Assembly: GCA_001784175.1 (NCBI GenBank)
Contig: MFPR01000027.1
Location: 579-45,150 of the forward strand
Direction of reading: 5' to 3'
From: Candidatus Lindowbacteria bacterium RIFCSPLOWO2_12_FULL_62_27
GTDB taxonomy: Bacteria; Lindowbacteria; 2-12-FULL-62-27
DNA length: 44,572 bases
A program made the translations under genes and the position numbers. A model generated the notes under the pieces. The model had not been told where the DNA came from and did no database searches. It saw only the letters and a program-made list of their open reading frames with translations. The stretch's first letter is position 1. Each line of letters starts with the position of its first letter. This document shows, piece after piece, positions 4,719 through 11,538 of this stretch.

Positions 4719-5070
4719 CGGGTGGAAACACCCGCCAGTGGAAAACCGCGCAAGCGGGCTCAGAACGCGTCCGATGGAGACGAACGCTCGATCAACTGGC
4801 CGACGCGCGGATAATGGCCGCACCGGAAGTACGCGCCGGCGTCTGTCGGAGGCAACACAAATACGCCGCCCTGCAGCTCGCAGATACCGCATCGCCGACC
4901 GTGGCAACCTCCGACGGATTTCATACTCGTCGGAAAACCCATGCGAGCGATGCTCAAGCGACGCTCCGCGGATGATGTGCAGTTGGACTTGCCGTTCGTC
5001 TCCTGAGGGCCTTATTTCAACACATATCGAGAAAGGCGAAATCAAAAATCAGAAAGGGAGGTGAATCGCC

Positions 5071-6177
5071 ATGTTCTTGATTGGATACCGGAAGATTCGT
5101 TCCTACGAGAGGGGCCTGTACTTCTACGATGGGGAGTTCCGGAAAATTCTGGCCACAGGCCGACATTGGTTCGTGGATCCTCTGAACCGCATCCGGATCG
5201 ATGTTGTGTCCCAGCGCGACCCCTGGCTGGACCATGACAAGCTCGACATCATCGTCAAGTCCGGTGTCCTCAAGGACGAGGCGGTGGTACTGGACCTGAA
5301 GGACTATGAGCGCGCGCTCGTGTGGATCGACGGCCGGTTCAGCCGCGTGCTGGATGCAGGTCTCTACGCGATGTGGTCCAAGTTCCGCGACATCAAGACG
5401 GAGATCGTTGACGCGCGGGCCGTGCTGTTCGAGCACAAGAGCATCGACGTCATCCTGAAGTCGGGGGGTGTCGATGCAGTGCTCAATGTCTTCAACGTCG
5501 AGGAGGGTCACGCCGGCGTCTATTTCAAGGACGGTGAATACGTCAAGACACTGGCTCCGGGCAAGTATGCGACGTGGAAGAACGTCGGCAAGGTCAAGTT
5601 CTACCACCTCGACGTGCGCGAGACGGTACTCGACGTGGCCGGCCAGGAGATCATGACGGCCGACAAGGTCACGCTCCGGATGAACGCGATCGTGACCTAT
5701 CGCATCGTTGATGCCCGCAAGTCCGTCGAAACGGTCGGAGACGTGGCGCAGGCGCTGTATCGTGAGGCGCAGCTGGCGCTTCGTGCCGCAGTCGGCACAC
5801 GAGAGCTTGAGCCGCTTCTGGTCGACAAGACCGACGTTGCGAAGGAACTCGAGTCCGTCATTCGCCGACGCGCGAGCGAGTTCGGCATTCACGTGATCGG
5901 TCTTGGCATTCGAGACATCATCCTGCCGGGCGACATGAAGACGTTGCTCAACAAGGTGCTCGAGGCCAAGAAGGCGTCCGAGGCGAACGTGATTCTGCGA
6001 CGCGAGGAGACGGCAGCCATGCGCAGCCAGCTCAACACGGCGAAGCTCATGGAGGACAATGCGGTTCTGATGCGCCTCAAGGAACTGGAGGTGCTGGAGA
6101 AGGTCGCGGGCGCGTCTAAGCTGAGCGTCGTGCTGGGTGAGAAGGGATTGGCCGAGCGTGTGGTCAATCTGCTGTGA
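5071..6177 (+). CDS. SPFH/band-7 (stomatin/prohibitin-like) domain protein with three N-terminal ~35-aa repeats
   Basis: RBS GGGAGGTGA lies 6 nt before the ATG. A 368-aa ORF. Its C-terminal half has SPFH-like composition (TADKVTLRMNAIVTYRI...GIRDIILPGDM...coiled-coil tail). The N-terminus has three tandem ~35-aa repeats. Confidence 0.8.
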   Translation: MFLIGYRKIRSYERGLYFYDGEFRKILATGRHWFVDPLNRIRIDVVSQRDPWLDHDKLDIIVKSGVLKDEAVVLDLKDYERALVWIDGRFSRVLDAGLYAMWSKFRDIKTEIVDARAVLFEHKSIDVILKSGGVDAVLNVFNVEEGHAGVYFKDGEYVKTLAPGKYATWKNVGKVKFYHLDVRETVLDVAGQEIMTADKVTLRMNAIVTYRIVDARKSVETVGDVAQALYREAQLALRAAVGTRELEPLLVDKTDVAKELESVIRRRASEFGIHVIGLGIRDIILPGDMKTLLNKVLEAKKASEANVILRREETAAMRSQLNTAKLMEDNAVLMRLKELEVLEKVAGASKLSVVLGEKGLAERVVNLL

Positions 6178-6389
6178 GCAGTAAGGAGGAACGATGTTTA
6201 CGGTAGACGAGTTTGAAAGCGGCGGAGGGGGGCCGGATCAAAAACGCAGCGGCGGCCCCCCTCCTTGGAGCCGGGTGATCCGAACAAACAGGCAACACCG
6301 TATTCAACGCCCGCATGGTGTGAGTGGCAGCACGTCGCCGGGGTAAGGCGGAGGTCTCGGATCAAAACCGAGTGCGGGCTTGATCAATT

Positions 6390-7061
6390 ATGTTCAGGAG
6401 GAATGATGTGACTGGTGTACTGGTTCAACCAACGTTGCTTTTGAATTCCAGTTTTCTGCCGGTGTCGGTCATCCGTGTGATGGAGGCAATCTGTCTGCTC
6501 GTTACTTCCAAAGCCGATCTAATAGACGGTGACGAGAGGGAACCGATCCGTTCGCAAAGATTGTCGATCCCTCTGCCGAGGGTCGTACGCCTGTTGAATT
6601 TCAACGGGATTCCGTCGAACCCGGCCTGGTCAAGATTGAAGGTGATTTACCGGGACGACATGACCTGCGCCTGGTGCGGCAAGCGCGGCCGTATGGAGGA
6701 ACTGGACTGCGACCACATCATTCCCCGATCACGGTGGCACGTTTGTCCGCCGAATCTTCGCCGAGCATACGAAGTTCCACGAGTGAAACTCCAGAACATT
6801 GCAGCCCCTTGGAATTCGTGGATGAACACCCTCGCGGCCTGTCGAAAATGCAACGCCGCCAAGGGAAATCTCTATCCATGGGAGATGGGCCACCGCCCCC
6901 TCTGGTCGCCGTACGAGCCGGAATACGTCCCATCCATCATTGTCAGCTTCGAGCGAGCAAAAAATCTTGGCTGGCTGGATTATCTGCTCACGCGCCGCGG
7001 GACGCTCGTCTATCCGTCGGGAGTGCGTGCCGTGGGTGTGCCCTCCAGAAAACGGATATAG
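6390..7061 (+). CDS. HNH endonuclease family protein
   Basis: RBS AGGAGGAATG precedes the ATG. HNH motif CAWCGK...DHIIP...N...CRKCNAAKG (CxxC...H...N...CxxC). Confidence 0.75.
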   Translation: MFRRNDVTGVLVQPTLLLNSSFLPVSVIRVMEAICLLVTSKADLIDGDEREPIRSQRLSIPLPRVVRLLNFNGIPSNPAWSRLKVIYRDDMTCAWCGKRGRMEELDCDHIIPRSRWHVCPPNLRRAYEVPRVKLQNIAAPWNSWMNTLAACRKCNAAKGNLYPWEMGHRPLWSPYEPEYVPSIIVSFERAKNLGWLDYLLTRRGTLVYPSGVRAVGVPSRKRI

Positions 7062-7075
7062 TATTTAATACTAAT
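7059..7075. repeat. 17-bp AT-rich near-palindromic site TAGTATTTAATACTAAT, copy 1
   Basis: Identical 17-mer at 9114-9130. Both copies sit in short AT-rich intergenic islands of a GC-rich genome. Confidence 0.7.
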
Positions 7076-7154
7076 TTATTGACTACTGGACAAATCACTG
7101 GTACATGCAGTATAGACACTGTAAGACCGAATAAACTGATGGGGGTGGTCCATT

Positions 7155-7433
7155 GTGACGGTTCCAGAAACAGAATCGAACGAGGCACAGAAAACCGAAG
7201 AAATCTGTAAGCGTAAACCCGGGATTCCGGACGTGCCCATTCCATCTGGCCCGTACCTGAATTCTGTAGAAGCCGCCTGTTATTTGCGCTTGTCGCTCGG
7301 CACAATCGCCAACCTTGTATCCGAGGGGAAGATTCCTTTTGCAAAAGCGGGCCGCCGGCGCGTCTTCCGTAGGACCGACCTCGATGAATATGTCGAGAAG
7401 TCGTACAAGCCGGCAGTCCACAACTCGTTTTAG
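7155..7433 (+). CDS. excisionase/Xis-like helix-turn-helix DNA-binding protein
   Basis: GTG start with a GGGGGTGG RBS. The C-terminal segment SVEAACYLRLSLGTIANLVSEGKIPFAKAGRRRVFRRTDLDEYV resembles the excisionase-family (MerR-like) HTH. Confidence 0.55.
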   Translation: MTVPETESNEAQKTEEICKRKPGIPDVPIPSGPYLNSVEAACYLRLSLGTIANLVSEGKIPFAKAGRRRVFRRTDLDEYVEKSYKPAVHNSF

Positions 7434-7945
7434 GCCGGCTCTTCAGGGAAATCCTTCCTGGGAAAAGGAATAATTTTGTTCTGCCCAAGATCTTTCTTCA
7501 CGGCAGATTCCTCGAAGCCTGGCAACGGTGCTTGTGGCGGAGTTTCCTTGCGAGTTTCCGTCCGGTAGATTTCCTCTTTGTTTTTCATTCGAAAGTGTCG
7601 CACCAAATCTTCGACGCCCCGCTGCTGACCATCCTTTAAGTCCTCGATCCCGATCAAAGATCCTCGGGACCATTTTGTGGTCAGGATGCCATCCCCGGGC
7701 AGTTTCTGATGGGCGCCTATATCTTGGCCGAGAACATAGAGCGCCTGCTGATAAGGGATGACATTTGGTGTTCCCGATGATGAGAGGATCTTCAAATACT
7801 GATCCAAGGTCGGCACCGCGCGCCCAGTGAGAATCTTTCGGAATTCAGGAGCCTTCAGGAATGGCAGATCAAGATGACGGGTGATTCGACGTAAGAAGAC
7901 ATGTAGCCTCAGTGGCTTCTTCAACGGGGTCGTGGGCTCGTTCAA
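7430..7945 (-). CDS. hypothetical protein (171 aa)
   Basis: ORF convergent with the xis-like gene. No recognizable domain. Confidence 0.4.
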   Translation of the reverse strand: MNEPTTPLKKPLRLHVFLRRITRHLDLPFLKAPEFRKILTGRAVPTLDQYLKILSSSGTPNVIPYQQALYVLGQDIGAHQKLPGDGILTTKWSRGSLIGIEDLKDGQQRGVEDLVRHFRMKNKEEIYRTETRKETPPQAPLPGFEESAVKKDLGQNKIIPFPRKDFPEEPA

Positions 7946-8214
7946 TTACCACAGGAATGCTGCTTCGACTTCGACTGCGTTCGGTTCATCGTCGGCCTCC
8001 TCGATATGAATATCCCCCTCAGAATTCCGGTGATTCGGGAGGCGACGGGGTTTTCCTGAACGACGTTGATCAAGTATCGCGACAGATCACTGATCAGTCA
8101 AAATCAGATTTTCTCTGGCTGAATCTTTTTGTTTGGAGGATTGATTGGCGGCAGATTTTCCACAATCGCGCGGCGGATACTACAAGTTTCTAAAAGGGAT
8201 ACTACCAGTACAGC

Positions 8215-8283
8215 GTGACAAGATGCACAGGCCGGACGTGACAGCATATCGTGCGTTTCTCTCGGACGGCCGTGTGACAAGAT
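8215..8283. repeat. iteron-like direct repeats GTGACA(A/G)(G/C)AT x3, at 8215, 8238 and 8274
   Basis: Three copies within 70 bp in the non-coding gap downstream of the Rep-like gene. Two copies are identical (GTGACAAGAT). Confidence 0.5.
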
Positions 8284-8324
8284 ACCGTGCACAATTCCCA
8301 GAATCCACACGGAAGTGTGGACAA

Positions 8325-9095
8325 CTATTGTGGAACCGACGGCGGGGATGGCCTCAAGATCAGATGTCGAGCTTCGAGTTCGACTTTCGCATCCGGATAG
8401 ACTGCGAGTACCCGGATGAGATTTTCACGCAACGCGCGTTTAAAAAAGCGCAGCCGGGAATAATCGGCTCCAAACTGACAGAACAGGGCACATAGGGGAA
8501 TAGCCGTTGCGGTACGGAGATAACTGAAGCGGTAGGTGAGCCAGGCATAGAGATCGATCGCCAGAGATGAGCGTTTCAAGGTGCAGATGGCATCCGGTCG
8601 CAATGGAATCGACGATTGCACCGCATGAAGATAAAACTCCGCCGTTACGCGGATCTCTGTTTGAAAGAGGGATCGTTCATACGGTCGCTTGGGGTCCCAC
8701 CAGAGTTCAAACTCCACGGCGACTCTCATTTGCTCGATCACGCCGGACATTCGACCGAATGCGATGGTTGACGCCAGAAGCCGGCTGACTTGGTCGTAGA
8801 ATCGCCGGCGCGTGTGGCCGTCCGGACTCAAGCCAAGCCCTGCTAGAAACGAATGGTAGGACTCGTCGAGTTCTATTCGCCGTTGCCCTGTGATCAAAAT
8901 CTGCCTGGTGAGCCACATGAGAAACAGCCGGGGGTAACTCGCGTAGGGCAGACCCAGATTCGGGTTGGCCCGAACATTGAGGACATAGTCATTGGCGCGG
9001 CGGGTCCAGATGGTTTCACCGGCGCGGTCGGAATGGGGGAGGTTCGCCACAACGAAGGACTTCGGAAGATAGACGGGGTTGGTCTTGGCATTCAT
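8325..9095 (-). CDS. hypothetical protein, possibly a plasmid/ICE-type replication initiator (weak call)
   Basis: 256-aa ORF flanked by iteron-like repeats and TCCACA/TGTGGA motifs. It is divergent from the HTH regulator and integrase genes. The functional guess rests on context only. Confidence 0.45.
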   Translation of the reverse strand: MNAKTNPVYLPKSFVVANLPHSDRAGETIWTRRANDYVLNVRANPNLGLPYASYPRLFLMWLTRQILITGQRRIELDESYHSFLAGLGLSPDGHTRRRFYDQVSRLLASTIAFGRMSGVIEQMRVAVEFELWWDPKRPYERSLFQTEIRVTAEFYLHAVQSSIPLRPDAICTLKRSSLAIDLYAWLTYRFSYLRTATAIPLCALFCQFGADYSRLRFFKRALRENLIRVLAVYPDAKVELEARHLILRPSPPSVPQ

Positions 9096-9113
9096 GTGGC
9101 CGCAAGGTATTAG

Positions 9114-9130
9114 TATTTAATACTAATGTC
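9114..9130. repeat. 17-bp site TAGTATTTAATACTAAT, copy 2
   Basis: Identical to 7059-7075. Extended, it reads ATTAGTATTTAATACTAAT, which is nearly palindromic. Confidence 0.7.
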
Positions 9131-9150
9131 AATGTGTTTGGGGCAATTTG

Positions 9151-9212
9151 TCCACAATACCAACAGGCTATCCACAAACCTTGACATGACCGGTCGCGGC
9201 TGGGATAATTCG
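9151..9212 (+). promoter_or_regulatory. two TCCACAA direct repeats (9154-9160 and 9174-9180) followed by a promoter TTGACA (9184-9189) -17 nt- GATAAT (9207-9212)
   Basis: Near-consensus -35/-10 with 17-nt spacing. Two TCCACAA boxes 20 bp apart lie immediately upstream. The inverse TGTGGA appears at 8316 and 8331, and TCCACA at 8304 and 8160. Confidence 0.55.
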
Positions 9213-9237
9213 CGCACTACCGCAAAGGGGGCCATCC

Positions 9238-9669
9238 ATGGAGCAAGGTGAAAGGATATACGAGATATTCCGCAAGCGCGCCAAGGCGCGAGAGCTGACC
9301 GTTCAAGAAATCGTCAACGGGCTCGGCAAGAAGGATACAACCCACTACAGCCTTTATCAGTTCTCCATCGGCAAGAGCATGCCGCCGATTCACAAGCTCG
9401 CCGCGTATTTCGAATCCGTGGGCATGCGCCTCCTTCTTGAGGCGGATGGAAACGTCTATGCGCTTGAGTTCAAGGACCGGGTCCAGCCGAAGCGGGAGGG
9501 CGACCGGATGATGGTCGGCGAGCGCGTCAGTGTCGGAGGCGAGTACGCGGATCTCACGCCGGACCAGATCAGCGCCGTCGAAGCCCTGGTTGCGTCGTTC
9601 CGAGCCACAAACAAGCGCGTGAAACGATCCCGGGTCGAAACAGCGGCCAAGGTCAGACGGGCCGCGTAG
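9238..9669 (+). CDS. helix-turn-helix (XRE/Cro-like) transcriptional regulator
   Basis: 143-aa ORF downstream of the strong promoter. N-terminal segment ELTVQEIVNGLGKKDTTHYSLYQFSIGKSMPPIHKLAAYFESVGMRL resembles an HTH. Confidence 0.55.
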   Translation: MEQGERIYEIFRKRAKARELTVQEIVNGLGKKDTTHYSLYQFSIGKSMPPIHKLAAYFESVGMRLLLEADGNVYALEFKDRVQPKREGDRMMVGERVSVGGEYADLTPDQISAVEALVASFRATNKRVKRSRVETAAKVRRAA

Positions 9670-9681
9670 GGGACAAATCCC

Positions 9682-10788
9682 ATGGGCGTTCGAGCGATCA
9701 CGCGATTACCGAGTGGCGAATATCGCGTCAATTTCTATTACTGGAATCAGATCGGCATGAAGCATCGCGGGCGGAAGAAATTCCGTACGCTGCGGCTTGC
9801 AGAGACGTTCTATGCCGAGAGGATTCGTGAATTTGAAGCGAAGGTGCATGTTGGCTCGAAGGAGCGAGGGTCGATCACGGTGAAGCAATTCCTGGACCAG
9901 CATTATTATCCATGGGCGCAGAAGGCCAAGAAATCTTATCCCGTGGAAAGAGTGTTCATGAGGAATACCGAAGTGCGATGGGGCGAACGCCGACTCTCGT
10001 CAATCACTGTGTTTGATATTGAAAAGTGGCGGATTGAAATGAAGCAGAAGGTCTGCCCGGCGACCGTCAGCCGCCGACTGGCGTATCTTCGGTCCTTCTT
10101 CAAATTCGCGCATGCCGGCATGACGGACGAGGATGGCCACACGGTCGGCGGCGGATTCATCGGCGACAATCCGATGCGGCATGTTCGAAGCCCGAAAACG
10201 AAGCTGCCTCTTCGACCGCCGACGATTCTGGCGCCGGATGAAATTGCGAGGCTCAAGCCCGATGGGACGCGCGGGATGGATCTCGTTTTATTCTGCATTT
10301 ATTCGGGGATGCGCCGGGGCGAGATATTCCGGATGCGGTACGAGGACATAGATCGCGTGGCCGGCGTCATCCGGATCCCCGTCACGAAAAACGACGAGCC
10401 GCGGATCATTCCGTTGACGAAACAGCTTGCCGGTATTATTGACAGACAACCGGTGGACGATTCGGGATTTGTTTTTTCATGGAAGGGAAGGCAAACTAGG
10501 GACTGTCGTAGCGCGATCAATCAGGCGCTCTGGCGCGTGGGGATCACACGGCGGGTCCGGATGCATGACCTTCGCCACACGTTCGGCTCGTACCTGGCCA
10601 TGAACGGGGTAGACTTGGACGAAAGGATGGCTCTGATGGGGCACAAGACAATCACAGCGGCGCGGATTTATACCCATTATTATACGAAACGCCTGTCGGA
10701 GTCGATGGAGAGGCTGATGGAGGCCTATGAGACGGCCGAGGAGAAAACAAAAGGGCACAAAAAGGGCACTGAGGCGATTGCCGTATGA
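9682..10788 (+). CDS. int: tyrosine-type site-specific recombinase / phage integrase
   Basis: C-terminal catalytic motifs: R...HDLRHTFGSYLAMNGVDLDERMALMGHKTITAARIYTHY (HxxR...Y). 368 aa. Lies immediately upstream of tRNA-Thr(CGT). Confidence 0.9.
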   Translation: MGVRAITRLPSGEYRVNFYYWNQIGMKHRGRKKFRTLRLAETFYAERIREFEAKVHVGSKERGSITVKQFLDQHYYPWAQKAKKSYPVERVFMRNTEVRWGERRLSSITVFDIEKWRIEMKQKVCPATVSRRLAYLRSFFKFAHAGMTDEDGHTVGGGFIGDNPMRHVRSPKTKLPLRPPTILAPDEIARLKPDGTRGMDLVLFCIYSGMRRGEIFRMRYEDIDRVAGVIRIPVTKNDEPRIIPLTKQLAGIIDRQPVDDSGFVFSWKGRQTRDCRSAINQALWRVGITRRVRMHDLRHTFGSYLAMNGVDLDERMALMGHKTITAARIYTHYYTKRLSESMERLMEAYETAEEKTKGHKKGTEAIAV

Positions 10789-10824
10789 GGCGTACTTTTA
10801 TAATTCTCTCTTGTAGTTATGGTT

Positions 10825-10897
10825 GCCAACGTAGCTCAGACGGTAGAGCAACGCACTCGTAATGCGTAGGTCGGCGGTTCGATTCCGCCCGTTGGCT
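10825..10897 (+). tRNA. tRNA-Thr(CGT)
   Basis: Acceptor gccaacg/cgttggc. D stem gctc/gagc with loop AGACGGTA. Anticodon stem acgca/tgcgt, loop ctCGTaa. T arm ggcgg-TTCGATT-ccgcc. Discriminator T. Confidence 0.85.
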
Positions 10898-10944
10898 TTT
10901 TTTGTGAGTGGGTCGCAGGCCAGAGTGCGCGGGAGATTTGATGG

Positions 10945-11205
10945 TTACTTGATCTGCTCCTGCAGCGCCGCGATTTTTTGGGACGCCTCCCGGAACTGCT
11001 TCAGGGTGAGCACGCAGAGGTACCAAGTATAGGGAATCATGACGATCGTGAGAAGGATTTTTGACCGTTTGCCGAAATTGGGACTTTGATAAAGGATCGG
11101 CAGGCCAAAGGGTCCCAGCACGAAAAACAACAAGAAAAGAATCATCCATGGCCTTTGATGCCATAGAATTTTCGCAGCATCGTTCTCCACGATCATCACC
11201 TCCAA
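10945..11205 (-). CDS. small membrane protein (86 aa), hypothetical
   Basis: Two hydrophobic segments (WMILFLLFFVLGPFGLPILY and ILLTIVMIPYTWYLCVL). Confidence 0.4.
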   Translation of the reverse strand: MEVMIVENDAAKILWHQRPWMILFLLFFVLGPFGLPILYQSPNFGKRSKILLTIVMIPYTWYLCVLTLKQFREASQKIAALQEQIK

Positions 11206-11250
11206 GGGGTGGCAGAAGCCACGGCACCGTGGGCGTTCCGCCGACGCGTT

Positions 11251-11529
11251 TCAGCGAAAGCGATAGTGTTTCCGGACCGCCTTCGACACCACCCACGTGC
11301 ACGAGAGACCTTTTGGAAACGAGACATAATCGCCGGGACCGAAACTCACCTCGCCCGCCGGTGTCCGGACCGTGACCTGCCCTTCGAGGATGCAGCAGTC
11401 CTCGTCGTCATCGTAATGCCAGTCGAACGTGCTCGGATCGCATGTCCAGATCGGCCATGCTTCGACGCCGAGCTTCTTCCTTTCCTCTTCGGATAATTTC
11501 CGGATTTCGACTTCGTTTTTCATGGGCAA
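11251..11529 (-). CDS. cupin-domain protein (DUF861/cupin_3-like)
   Basis: The 92-aa sequence ...DCCILEGQVTVRTPAGEVSFGPGDYVSFPKGLSCTWVVSKAVRKHYRF is characteristic of small cupins. Confidence 0.65.
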   Translation of the reverse strand: MPMKNEVEIRKLSEEERKKLGVEAWPIWTCDPSTFDWHYDDDEDCCILEGQVTVRTPAGEVSFGPGDYVSFPKGLSCTWVVSKAVRKHYRFR

Positions 11530-11538
11530 AGTCTGCCG

